Shown here: one piece after another, positions 10,627-20,815 of the stretch | Position numbering within the stretch: the first letter of the stretch is position 1 | How the letters are laid out: each line of letters starts with the position of its first letter | Origin: an uncultured archaeon | Lineage (GTDB): Archaea; Asgardarchaeota; Lokiarchaeia; Sigyniarchaeales; SOKP01 | Length of the DNA: 64,000 nt | Assembly (NCBI GenBank): GCA_964486045.1 | Contig: CAZALK010000013.1 | Coordinates: 108,879-172,878, forward strand | Direction of reading: 5' to 3' | Notes under the pieces: generated by a model | Told to the model about the DNA's origin: nothing | What the model saw: only the letters and a program-made list of their open reading frames with translations | Database searches by the model: none | Position numbers and translations under genes: made by a program

Positions 10627-11292
10627 TTATTTTTGATTGTATGTTTCATTAAGTGCATTAATGAATTCTGTTTTAGTTTGTTCGAAGCCTTTTCTTAGAG
10701 CTTTTACAATTATCTTCTTCCCAATTGGGGGGCGTCTAAGAATGGAAATATCTTTTTCGACAATTTTAATACCCCTATCCGTAAAATTTAACTGATTCAT
10801 TAAATTTTGGAATGCTTCTTCTTTTGATTTGAAAGCTATTCTGCTTAAGTCGCCGTAATTGTCAACATCTTCCTTTACTCCTAAAAGTTTAACAACTTCT
10901 TCAAGATAGTTTATAAAGGTTTCTTTTGCTATTTGTTTTAACTCCTCATAATTTTTATGATGTTTATTACATTGTCGACATGTTTGATCTGCTTCAAGGA
11001 ATTTAGGAAAATTTTCTTGAACTAATTTATCGAAAAATTCAGCTGAATCACCATCATGTAATAATTTTTTTCCTGATTCTAATGAAATATTGATTTGTAT
11101 TAGGGTACCCTCCCTAGCATCATTTTGAGACCAGTGATCATAGAATATTTTGATGATCGGTTTAATAATTAAGGATAAGAGACCCAAATCTAATTCTTCG
11201 TCAATAAGATTTCTCCCCATTTTGATTGAATTTTCCATCTGTTGAATCATTCTGCCTTTTACTAGATGGTAATTTCTCTCGATGTAATCCAA
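10627..11292 (-). CDS. Hypothetical all-helical protein, paralog of 9903..10562
   Basis: Shared IERNY..GRMI.QM, KPI.K.FY..WS..DAR.GTL.QI and DQT.RQC motifs. Confidence 0.75.
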   Translation of the reverse strand: MDYIERNYHLVKGRMIQQMENSIKMGRNLIDEELDLGLLSLIIKPIIKIFYDHWSQNDAREGTLIQINISLESGKKLLHDGDSAEFFDKLVQENFPKFLEADQTCRQCNKHHKNYEELKQIAKETFINYLEEVVKLLGVKEDVDNYGDLSRIAFKSKEEAFQNLMNQLNFTDRGIKIVEKDISILRRPPIGKKIIVKALRKGFEQTKTEFINALNETYNQK

Positions 11293-11478
11293 CGTGAAAT
11301 CCCCAACTGAGTCAAAACAAAAATATAAATTCTTAAACTCAATTAATTATTATTAAAAGATTTCTATTCTTTTAAAATAATTTCATAAGTGTTATACTAT
11401 TAATTTTATGTGTTTAAAATTAAAAATGAGAAAAAACTAATAACAACAAAAGAAACTGAAAAAAGATTTTAAAAAAAT

Positions 11479-14400
11479 ATGCATTATCACTTAAAAGTGT
11501 TGATCCTAGGTGATCCTGACACTATTCATTTCTATGCTTCCAGAGCTTTTGGGGAACCTGGAGAAGATAACGACACTTATTTTGAATGGTATAGAGAATT
11601 AAAAGTTTTAGAAGATACTTGTTCTTTAGAAATAGATGCAATTACAAGTATATCCGCAGATTTAGATGGGATACTGGAGATAGTTGATGGTATCGTCTAT
11701 TTTTTAAATCCTTTAAATAGAGATGAATCTGAATTATTTGAGATGGTTCTTCCTGATATTTTTGCTGTAAAACGGGAGATTCCCACTGTTGTTAATTTTT
11801 ATGATCAAAATGGAATTCTCCCCATCTCAATAAACGAGTTATTAACAAATGTTTGGGTCAGTTTTCCAAGTCTCGAGGCTTTTGTGAATCTTAAACCTAA
11901 AGAATTCCATCAAGCGCTCCAATCTCTCTGTTTAGCAATTATTAATGGTGATACACCTCTCAATATTGAAAATGCATGGATGAGATTTCCAATCTTTATT
12001 CAAATGGCTAATGTGTATTTTGATAATAATAATTACTATTATGCCGCCCAAGCTGTAAAAAAGGCTGCGTTAATTGCTGAAATTTACAATAAAAAAGAAT
12101 ATTATATTCTTTTAGACCAAGCAGCTTATCTATTTTCAAAAATTAATTTATATCAAGAAGCTAGTAACATTTTAGAAAAATTCGATAAAAAAAAATCGAG
12201 AAATTTTAAGACCTTGTACGCTGATGCCATGATTAGGGAGGGTAATATATTTTTCAATAAACATGAATTTGAAATCGCGGCTAGTAAATATGAAAGAGCT
12301 GGGCAATGGTCAAGTATCGAGATGCTAGATCATGATTTGGTTGGGGAAGCATTTAGATTAGCTATTAACTCTTGGATTTCTGCCTGTCAAGTTGAAAAAG
12401 CATTTAGAATTCTTGAAAATTTACCTCATCAAGAAGGTCTAAACATATTGAAAAGCCTTTCAGAAAAGATTGGTGAAGCAGCCGAATTTCTTGTAAATGC
12501 CAATAAGTTTGAGTTGGCAAGAGAACAATTATACATAGCAATAAAAAAATATCAAAAAAAATCTCTTTCCGATGATTTAAAATACCTTACATATAAATTA
12601 ACTGGAATTTTAATCCATATTTTTAAGATCCAAGCCTATGCTGGTGAAATATATGCTGCAAAATATACTTATGATGAAATTGAGAATATGTGGGATTCTT
12701 ATACTGTAGAAAAAAAGGATTTAGACTCCATTTTAAAACTACTGATAAATTCTTTTTTAGAAAAAAATAACTTTGGAATTGCGGCCACATTAATAAATAA
12801 GTTATCATCTTTGATGATGAGACAAGATTTAAGTAGGGTAAGTGCAGAATTAGAAGAAGAATACAAGACTTTAGTAAAAAAAGGAATCGAAGAATACATA
12901 AAGAGAGGTGAGGCAATTCTCAGTGAGTTTGTTAAAGCTGAATTAGATATAATTATTGAAATGAATAATAATGAAATACAAAAGGCTAAAGAGTTTATTA
13001 AGAGTGGAAAGTTCCTTAAAGCAGGATTTCATCTATTTGATCACGCAAATCACCTCAAAAAAATTGGAAAAGAGGAAATAAGTGATCAAATCCTCACAAA
13101 ATCTTTAGACTTTTTTTTAAAAGGTGAGATTTTTTCAGAATTTTTTATCACTTTTAATAATTTGTCAAAAGAAATGAAAAAAAAATATTTATTCCGGATT
13201 TTTCCAAATTTTCTTGATAAGCTAAAGGGCGTTGATAAGCTTGATGATTATGAAAAAATCGAAAAAATTTTAGAAGAATCATTGAGGATTTATCGCACCC
13301 ATTTATTATTTGATGAATCAAAAGAAATCACATTAATTTTCATAGATAATATCAAAAAAGAAGCTTTACAAATTCTCATTGATGAAAAAAACACTTTAGG
13401 GATTAGCAAGGCTAATAAGATCGTAAAAAAAGCAGCTCACATGTCATCAGCTTATTTAGATAAGCAAGAGCGTATTAAAATAAACTTTGATAATATATAT
13501 AAAAAAATTTCAGAAATTTATATTGAATTAGACGATTTACCATCTGCGAATACATATATTGATAGAATTGAGAATAAAGCCTATAATTCAGAAATTCATA
13601 AGATAATCGCTGAACTTGAGGCTGAAAAAAGTGCGAAGAGGACAAAGAAAGCAGATGAGTCCAGAGAAGAAGAGGTTCTGAAAGAACAACTTTCAATGAT
13701 TGAAAATTTAGCAAGAGAAGCTAATTTAGACAGAGATAACGGATTAAGAGAAAGAAAAGGTTATAAAAGAGCTTACTTCCAAGGAGCATTAGATCACCTT
13801 ACAAACCAAGAATTTGAAGAATCAATAATTTTGTACCAAAAGAGTATAACCCAATTAAATGATATAAAGAAATATAATCTAGCTGGTGTTTCGTTAGCAT
13901 TTGTAAGTTTGTTGCTGATAAAAGAAAATAGATTTAAAGAAATTAAAAAAATATTAGAAAAGATAAAAGAGGAATTATCTGGTGGATTAGGAGAGTCCTT
14001 TTCCAAAATTTTTCCAGTTACTCTAACAGAATACATAATTCAGTTGAGAAAATTTCATGATGAGAATAAGGTTAGAGGTGCATTAACATTTCTAGAAAAA
14101 CTCCCATTATTTGAAGAAGAATTGAAATTATTAAAAGATTTTTTAGGAGAAACGGTTGCAGAAGAAGAAACAGAAGAAAAGCTTTCAAGAAAAGAAAAAG
14201 GGGAACTAAAAAAAATTGAAGTTGATTTAGATCAAAGACTTGACAAAATTCAATCTATGATGCGAGATGTAAAACATGAGAATGACAATTTTTTCAATAA
14301 GCGAAAAGCTATGAGAAGACGATATTACATTGAGATATTAGACATGTTTAAAACACCCAAATTTAAAGAAATTGCTTCTAAGTACTACGATTTAGCAATC

Positions 14401-14691
14401 ATGCTAATAAAAAGAAAAGATCTAAGGACTGCTTCTCTTCTTATACTTTTGCAGGGACTATGTTTATTGAAAGAAGGAAAATCATATATACTTAACAAAA
14501 AAAATATCGATGAATTCTTAAATAGTTTAGGTATCAATAAGAAGTTAGTAAAAGATACCTTTTATATTATGCTTATCCTGCTTATTATGGATGTTAAAAT
14601 ATACTCTTTGGATAAATATATGCCAAAAATTAAAGGGATGTTAGAAATATTACCGTTATTTGAGGAAGAAAAACACCTCATTGACATTTAA
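11479..14691 (+). CDS. 1070-aa protein: degenerate small-GTPase-like N-domain plus TPR/alpha-solenoid
   Basis: KVLILGD without GxGKT, VDGIVYFLNP and IPTVV strands; then TPR-like helices; duplicated C-terminal unit ending LPLFEEE. Confidence 0.65.
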   Translation: MHYHLKVLILGDPDTIHFYASRAFGEPGEDNDTYFEWYRELKVLEDTCSLEIDAITSISADLDGILEIVDGIVYFLNPLNRDESELFEMVLPDIFAVKREIPTVVNFYDQNGILPISINELLTNVWVSFPSLEAFVNLKPKEFHQALQSLCLAIINGDTPLNIENAWMRFPIFIQMANVYFDNNNYYYAAQAVKKAALIAEIYNKKEYYILLDQAAYLFSKINLYQEASNILEKFDKKKSRNFKTLYADAMIREGNIFFNKHEFEIAASKYERAGQWSSIEMLDHDLVGEAFRLAINSWISACQVEKAFRILENLPHQEGLNILKSLSEKIGEAAEFLVNANKFELAREQLYIAIKKYQKKSLSDDLKYLTYKLTGILIHIFKIQAYAGEIYAAKYTYDEIENMWDSYTVEKKDLDSILKLLINSFLEKNNFGIAATLINKLSSLMMRQDLSRVSAELEEEYKTLVKKGIEEYIKRGEAILSEFVKAELDIIIEMNNNEIQKAKEFIKSGKFLKAGFHLFDHANHLKKIGKEEISDQILTKSLDFFLKGEIFSEFFITFNNLSKEMKKKYLFRIFPNFLDKLKGVDKLDDYEKIEKILEESLRIYRTHLLFDESKEITLIFIDNIKKEALQILIDEKNTLGISKANKIVKKAAHMSSAYLDKQERIKINFDNIYKKISEIYIELDDLPSANTYIDRIENKAYNSEIHKIIAELEAEKSAKRTKKADESREEEVLKEQLSMIENLAREANLDRDNGLRERKGYKRAYFQGALDHLTNQEFEESIILYQKSITQLNDIKKYNLAGVSLAFVSLLLIKENRFKEIKKILEKIKEELSGGLGESFSKIFPVTLTEYIIQLRKFHDENKVRGALTFLEKLPLFEEELKLLKDFLGETVAEEETEEKLSRKEKGELKKIEVDLDQRLDKIQSMMRDVKHENDNFFNKRKAMRRRYYIEILDMFKTPKFKEIASKYYDLAIMLIKRKDLRTASLLILLQGLCLLKEGKSYILNKKNIDEFLNSLGINKKLVKDTFYIMLILLIMDVKIYSLDKYMPKIKGMLEILPLFEEEKHLIDI

Positions 14692-14725
14692 TAAAACAGG
14701 AATTTTAAACAGTTCTTTTTAATAA

Positions 14726-15649
14726 CTAATCAACAATATTTGCGTACTTTTGTAGATCTTTTACCCTCATTCGTAGAGTTACCTCAGTTACGCGTGCCAG
14801 CTTTGAGATCTCCTTTTGAGTTCGGTTCTCATTGCTTATTTTTGACCCTATGTAGATGGCAGCTGCGGCGATTCCTTTCGGGTCCTTACCTGCGCTGTTG
14901 AAGCCACTTTCTTTAGCGTTACCAATCAGTTTTACTGCTATGTTCCTACACTGCATTGAAAGTTTTAGTTCCTCATTGAATTTATCAACATAGCGATCTG
15001 CTGAGAAGTGTTGCACTTTCATCCCCAATTTAGGAAGGATCTCCATAAGTATTAGGCGATAGCTTTTTATAACTTTCTTTTTAGGAATTTGCGCAACTTT
15101 GGATATTTCTTCAGCTGTTCTAGGGATTCCATGAACTCTTAAAGACGCAAATATAGATGCTGACAATAGCGTGTCAATGCTTCTTCCCATTGTTAATTTC
15201 TTTTTTACTGTTTGGGTATAAATTCTAAGAGCATCCTCTGCAACAGCATCTGGAATCCCTAATCTTTTTTGTAAACGCTGTAAATTTGGTAATGCAATCC
15301 ACAAATTTCTTTCATAGCTAGTTGTTAATGATCTATGGATTTTAGCTAACCGGTTAAATTTAGATTTGTATTTAGGACTTAAAAGAGTACCTCTAGCGTC
15401 TCTAGACCCTCTGATAATTGTTCGAGGGCCAATTGGGCTATAAACTCTTTCACTGCTCTTTCTTTTCTGAATTTCTTCTTGGGTAAAAGCTCTTCGAGGA
15501 CTATCATCAAGAATTCTAGAAAATACAGAACCGCAGTTTAAACAGACGGAAAACCCATCTTCTTCACTAATTTTTGCGCTATCACAACAGGATGGTCCTT
15601 CTTCTCCCGTATCTTTAAAGAAGTCATCATCTTCAGAGTGAGACGGCAT
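14726..15649 (-). CDS. tfb: Transcription initiation factor IIB (TFB) family protein
   Basis: Zn ribbon (CC...CLNCG); ERNL; GRSID; GKDPKGIAAAAIY; RTQKEIS..ARVTEVTLR. Confidence 0.93.
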   Translation of the reverse strand: MPSHSEDDDFFKDTGEEGPSCCDSAKISEEDGFSVCLNCGSVFSRILDDSPRRAFTQEEIQKRKSSERVYSPIGPRTIIRGSRDARGTLLSPKYKSKFNRLAKIHRSLTTSYERNLWIALPNLQRLQKRLGIPDAVAEDALRIYTQTVKKKLTMGRSIDTLLSASIFASLRVHGIPRTAEEISKVAQIPKKKVIKSYRLILMEILPKLGMKVQHFSADRYVDKFNEELKLSMQCRNIAVKLIGNAKESGFNSAGKDPKGIAAAAIYIGSKISNENRTQKEISKLARVTEVTLRMRVKDLQKYANIVD

Positions 15650-15853
15650 AATTACTAGTTTTGATAAAGGATGAATATGGAATTTTCTATTTTTAGTATT
15701 AAATACATGATCAATTAAATATATATGTTTGATCTCTAAAAAAAATAAAGTTGTGAAAATTTAAATCAAAACCTATTTAACTAGTATCATTAAAGTATAA
15801 AAAAAAATCAAAATTAACATAATCTAATAATCCGCGAAAAGTCATTATTTACT

Positions 15854-17101
15854 ATGTCTACTGAAAATTCTGATTTTATAAAGGTATTTTCAAAGTTTAT
15901 AGATCCAAAATCCGCGAAATTAAATAAATTACATTCTCTTGATGATATCTTAAAATTGTCTATTCAATCCTACAAGTTTGTAGATAAAGAAGAAGCAACA
16001 ATGATGAAGCAACTTCTAGAAATCTCAAGTATTGCTGATGCCTCTAAGCTGAACAAGGAAAACCCGTTTGAAAGCCTGATGAAAATAGAAAAATCAGAAG
16101 AATCTATAGAACTGACTGAAAACTTAAAGAAAAAAATAGAAGAACTAAAAATTAAATACCCGACTTTAGAAAGAACACTAAAAAAAACAGTTACGATTAG
16201 TTCACTTATAGCAAGTGTTACTAAAGAAGAAGGAATAGAAGTAAAGGGGGTGACTTCTTCACAAAAAGTACTTGTTGCAGGACTCGATGATGCTGGGAAA
16301 ACTGCTACACTTTCAAAATTCGGTGGTCGCCTAGGTATTAGTGATACTATTGCGACACATCCTACTAGAGGTGTCGTTCGGATGAAATTTGGGAGTTCCA
16401 ACTTGAATTTATTTATTTGGGATTTGGGGGGTCAGGAAGAGTATCGTCAAAGGTATTTAAGCAATCCAGAGCAATATTTTATTCAATTAGATTTACTTCT
16501 CTATGTTATTGATGTGCAAAACCCAGAGAGATTCGATGAGTCCCTTGAATATTTAGACAAAATTCTTAATTCGATAACAATGTTGGAAGAAAAACCTTAT
16601 GTTTTAATTTTTATCCATAAGTTTGATCCGGATATAAAAAGTGATCCAAAGATTCAACTTAATGTTGAACTTTTAAAGGATAATTTAAATGAACTAATTA
16701 AAAATAAGGAATATGATTTTGATACTGAGATATATTTAACGTCTATATATTCGATGATTTCCCGTGAACCACAATTTGCAAAATATATTAAGAACCTCAT
16801 GAGCTCACATTATTCACTTACAGATCCAACTGTTAAGAAAGTAGAAGGGCTTGGGAAGACATTAGAAGAAACACTGAATGCTGTTATTCGGTTATCAGAA
16901 AGTATTTCGACACAACTAAATGATTTCGATAGTCGAATTAGTGCCTTAGAGGCAGGAGCATTTCAAGCTGCTCAAAGTGGCGTACCCCTAGAAATATCCA
17001 ATCCCTCCCAAAACACTGCTAGACAAGGGGAAAATGCAAGATTAAATGTTCTCAATGAGTTAAAAGATTTATTTAGTAAAAGAAAAAGATTAAATTTATA
17101 G
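15854..17101 (+). CDS. Arf-like small GTPase with long N- and C-terminal extensions
   Basis: GLDDAGKT (G1), PTRG (G2), WDLGGQ (G3), HKFD (G4), TSIY; C-terminal coiled coil. Confidence 0.85.
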   Translation: MSTENSDFIKVFSKFIDPKSAKLNKLHSLDDILKLSIQSYKFVDKEEATMMKQLLEISSIADASKLNKENPFESLMKIEKSEESIELTENLKKKIEELKIKYPTLERTLKKTVTISSLIASVTKEEGIEVKGVTSSQKVLVAGLDDAGKTATLSKFGGRLGISDTIATHPTRGVVRMKFGSSNLNLFIWDLGGQEEYRQRYLSNPEQYFIQLDLLLYVIDVQNPERFDESLEYLDKILNSITMLEEKPYVLIFIHKFDPDIKSDPKIQLNVELLKDNLNELIKNKEYDFDTEIYLTSIYSMISREPQFAKYIKNLMSSHYSLTDPTVKKVEGLGKTLEETLNAVIRLSESISTQLNDFDSRISALEAGAFQAAQSGVPLEISNPSQNTARQGENARLNVLNELKDLFSKRKRLNL

Positions 17102-17103
17102 AT

Positions 17104-17829
17104 TTAACTCTTATGCCTTTTAAAATGGTCTATAATTCTTTTGTAAGTAGCAGATAAAAAGATCATTAAATAAATAATTATACAAAAAATAATATACCAA
17201 ACCTGCTCACTTAACATTGAATTTATTCTTTGATAATCAATCTCATATATGATAAATTGCTCGACATAACTTAAGATTATTTGTAGTAGAGGGATGATAA
17301 AATAAATTGACAAAAGAAATCCTATTATTCCAAAAAGGCTACCGATAATTACATCGGAAGGATAATGAACTCCCAATTGAATCCTTGAGAACGATACTAA
17401 AACCGCTAACAAAAACATTAACAATGTCAATAACGGTGATTTTAAAAAATAACTTCCTAATAATAATCCATACGCCATAATATTATAGGAGTGCCAAGAG
17501 GGGAAACTGCGCGAACTTGGTTTTCTTTCAAGAATTATAATCTTACCTTCCTCGAACCTTTCAAATGGTCTTAATCTATTGAAAATTCTTTTTGTTCCTG
17601 CAATTAATAACAAACCAGTTAAAAATATAGCAGATATGCCTGTAATTAAGAATGGATCATACCAAATAAGCAAGAAAAATGCGATTAAGGAAAGCCAAAG
17701 TGTTTCTCTCCCAAAGAAAGATATAAACTTTAAAATTGTAGTGACTGGTTTCCCTCCCAAACCGTTATACTTAATTATTATTTTTTGGTCCCATTCGTCA
17801 ACTTTATTAATAGAATCCGTAAATTTCAT
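17104..17829 (-). CDS. PAP2 family membrane phosphatase
   Basis: KxxxxxxRP, SFPSWH, SRIQLGVHYPSDV. Confidence 0.9.
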   Translation of the reverse strand: MKFTDSINKVDEWDQKIIIKYNGLGGKPVTTILKFISFFGRETLWLSLIAFFLLIWYDPFLITGISAIFLTGLLLIAGTKRIFNRLRPFERFEEGKIIILERKPSSRSFPSWHSYNIMAYGLLLGSYFLKSPLLTLLMFLLAVLVSFSRIQLGVHYPSDVIIGSLFGIIGFLLSIYFIIPLLQIILSYVEQFIIYEIDYQRINSMLSEQVWYIIFCIIIYLMIFLSATYKRIIDHFKRHKS

Positions 17830-17834
17830 ATCAA

Positions 17835-18647
17835 TTAGCTTAATCGCTGAAATTTAATTGAATTTAAATACATATATGCATCTTTTACTTTTGTAATCTG
17901 GTTCTCAAAATAGTCCAATGAATGTGAATCAGAACCTACAAAAAAATTACCCCCTTCTTTTACTAATTGAGAAATTACTGATTTTGAAGGAAATGGTCGA
18001 CCAATAGGAAATCTTTCACCAGAAATATTGTATTCTATCTTAATTTTATTAGCTATGCACATCCGGCCTAATTTCAACACGCGTTCCTCTGATGTATTAC
18101 AATCTTTGGTAGGTTTTATATCATTTTCATTAATATAACGGAAAATCGTATCGATATGACAAAAATTTTTAAATATTTTTGAATTCACCATCATCTCACA
18201 AATCTCAAAATATTCATCAATAACGGTTTTTATCTTCTTTTTCTCCAACAATTTTACTAGCTTCTTCCTTGTTGTGACAGGATAACCATGAATCCATTCA
18301 TGGATTGTACCACCAATGAAATCTAATTCTCTGTTATAGTCATCCATGAACTCTAAGAGTTCGATTTCTCTATCTCTGTAGTATTCAACTTCAAGCCCAC
18401 TATAAATGAAATCATAAGTTTCTTTCAGTTCATCAATTTCTTCAAGGTAATTATCGATATTTCCTTCATAGAATGGATTTGTCTTATCTTTTTCAATCGA
18501 ATAAAGCTCAAAATGGTTAAGAAAACAGACGTTTATCTCATGAATTTCTGCTATTTTTATATAGTCTTCGAATTCGGGTCCGTCTTTAGGAACATCCATA
18601 CTCCATTTTGCAGTATGTACATGGTAGTCAGTGAATTTAAACTTCAT
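17835..18647 (-). CDS. PHP-family phosphatase (HisJ-like)
   Basis: DYHVHT, GLEVEY, GTIH, CHID, GSDSH. Confidence 0.85.
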   Translation of the reverse strand: MKFKFTDYHVHTAKWSMDVPKDGPEFEDYIKIAEIHEINVCFLNHFELYSIEKDKTNPFYEGNIDNYLEEIDELKETYDFIYSGLEVEYYRDREIELLEFMDDYNRELDFIGGTIHEWIHGYPVTTRKKLVKLLEKKKIKTVIDEYFEICEMMVNSKIFKNFCHIDTIFRYINENDIKPTKDCNTSEERVLKLGRMCIANKIKIEYNISGERFPIGRPFPSKSVISQLVKEGGNFFVGSDSHSLDYFENQITKVKDAYMYLNSIKFQRLS

Positions 18648-18696
18648 GGTCTATCAAGGTTAATAATTAAGAAAGAAAAATAAAAATAATGATTAA

Positions 18697-20604
18697 CTAA
18701 TCATTGGAATCCTCTTGGTCAAAAAATACTTCATAAAAAAGATCCTTTTCTCCTTGTTCCGGAGGGGTTATTTTAGTATTTCCTCCCTGCTGTATAATAT
18801 GAACAGTGCTTTTATTCTGAATATGTATCGTCCCATAGAACCCTTTAATTCCTTTTTCCTTTGCAATGATAATTAAATGTTGGTAAAGAAAGGTTCCGAT
18901 TCCATCTCCTCTCCATTTTTCAGATACGATAAAACTATATTCAGCCATGTTTAAAGAAGGATTTAAACTATAAGTTGCGTTTCCAATCATTTTTTCTCTC
19001 CCAACTTCCCCTATAAAAGCCCCTATAGAGAAAATTTTATCATAATCAATATTTACCTCACCTTGGGTTTTAGAATGTGTAAATTCTTTCCTTACTTCAA
19101 AGAATCGCAAATATCTGTCTGTCTCATTCAAAGTATAATATAAGTCTTTAAGTAATGCTTCATCTGTAGTTTTAACAGGTCTTATTCTAATTTTTTTATC
19201 ATTTCTGGCAGTGTAGATTGTCTCATATTCAGAAGGATATAAACATATGCGTCCATGTTCATCACAAGAAAGTAATTGGTCTGAATAAACATAATTTTGC
19301 TTCTTTGCTTCATCCAATAATGATTGTCTGAAGTCTGGATGAGCTATACATATCAATTCAAGCACTCTTTCTCTTATCGTTTTACCGTGAAGGTATGCTA
19401 CCCCCCACTCAGTCACAACATAATGTACATCCCCTCGAGACAGCATTATTCCTGCACCCTCATCTAAATGTGGAACTATACGTGATTTCTTGCCATCTCT
19501 AGAGGTTGAAGGTATAATTATAATAGGTTTACCTCCCTTCGAAAATGCTGCTCCTCTCATGAAATCAATTGTTTCTCCTAATCCTGAATAAAATTGATAA
19601 CCTTCTGTTGCGGCATTCACCTGACCTGTTAGGTCAATTTGCCGAGCAGAATTAATTGAAACCATCTTTTTATTCTTACCAATGTTTCTTGGGTTACATA
19701 CATAATCAGATGGATGAAATTCGATGAAAGGATTATTGTTTACAAAATCATATAATTTTTTAGTTCCTAAAGCAAAGCTAGTTATTACCTTTTCTGGATG
19801 GAAATTTTTTTTTCTACACGTTAAAATACCATTTTCTACGAGTGGAATTATGTTATCTGTTATGTAATGTGAATGCATTCCTAAATTTTTTTTCTCAGTT
19901 AAATATTTTAAAGCAGCATTCGGTAGATCTCCAAATCCCACATGAATTGTGGATTTATTTTCCACTAAATTTGCTAAATTTCTTCCAATTCTCTCAGCAA
20001 TTTCATCAGGTTCATCAAAATGAAATTCTAATAGAGGAGTGTTATTATAAACAAAATAGTCAATTTCTTTCATATGAATAAAACTGTTTCCTAAGGTACG
20101 GGGCATTTGAGGATTGATTTCAGCTATCGTTATATATGCTGATTGAGCTAAAGGTTTGGCGATATCTACATTGATCCCCAAAGAACAAAAACCATAAGGA
20201 TCTGGAACAGTTACTTGGATAAAAGCAACATCTATATGTTTCCGACCAGTTAAAAATAAGGAAGGTATTTCACTAGCAAATATAGGGGTATAATCTGCTT
20301 GTCCTTTATTAATCTCCTCACGAAGAGTCCTCCCGATGAAAAAGGCATTGTGTCGGAATAAATCTTCTGCTTTATTGATAAAATATTTTTCAGAACCAAT
20401 CGTTAAAAAATGAAGAATTTCAGTATCAATTAGCTTTTCTGACTGCTTTATCAATTCTGAAATTAATAATTTTGGTTCAGAGCAACCAGAGCCAATAAAA
20501 ACTCTATTACCTGTAATTATCTTGTTTATTGCATCTTCTGCCTTAAGCTCTTTATCCTTCCATTTTGATCTCCATGTCTCATCTAACAAATTAGGGTTTT
20601 TCAT
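18697..20604 (-). CDS. Acetyl-CoA hydrolase/CoA-transferase-like domain fused to a C-terminal Pat-type GNAT acetyltransferase
   Basis: AEINPQMPRTLG, QIDLTGQV, DFMRGA, DVHYVVTEWGVAYLHGK; GNAT motifs RYLRFF and AEYSFIVSEKWRGDGIG. Confidence 0.88.
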   Translation of the reverse strand: MKNPNLLDETWRSKWKDKELKAEDAINKIITGNRVFIGSGCSEPKLLISELIKQSEKLIDTEILHFLTIGSEKYFINKAEDLFRHNAFFIGRTLREEINKGQADYTPIFASEIPSLFLTGRKHIDVAFIQVTVPDPYGFCSLGINVDIAKPLAQSAYITIAEINPQMPRTLGNSFIHMKEIDYFVYNNTPLLEFHFDEPDEIAERIGRNLANLVENKSTIHVGFGDLPNAALKYLTEKKNLGMHSHYITDNIIPLVENGILTCRKKNFHPEKVITSFALGTKKLYDFVNNNPFIEFHPSDYVCNPRNIGKNKKMVSINSARQIDLTGQVNAATEGYQFYSGLGETIDFMRGAAFSKGGKPIIIIPSTSRDGKKSRIVPHLDEGAGIMLSRGDVHYVVTEWGVAYLHGKTIRERVLELICIAHPDFRQSLLDEAKKQNYVYSDQLLSCDEHGRICLYPSEYETIYTARNDKKIRIRPVKTTDEALLKDLYYTLNETDRYLRFFEVRKEFTHSKTQGEVNIDYDKIFSIGAFIGEVGREKMIGNATYSLNPSLNMAEYSFIVSEKWRGDGIGTFLYQHLIIIAKEKGIKGFYGTIHIQNKSTVHIIQQGGNTKITPPEQGEKDLFYEVFFDQEDSND

Positions 20605-20815
20605 TAAGGTTTTTTAAGTTTTATTTTCCATTTTTTAATATATAAAAATTAACTCCAGTTTTTTTATTAATTGTATTCTCATCAATATAATGTTTTTGAA
20701 ATTATAAATAAAATGTTTAAATCCATTCAGTTCTTAATTGATTTAGAAATATCCTTATAATATAAAAAAAATAATATATTGAATTATAATCTAGGATTCA
20801 AAAGTGCTAAAAATA

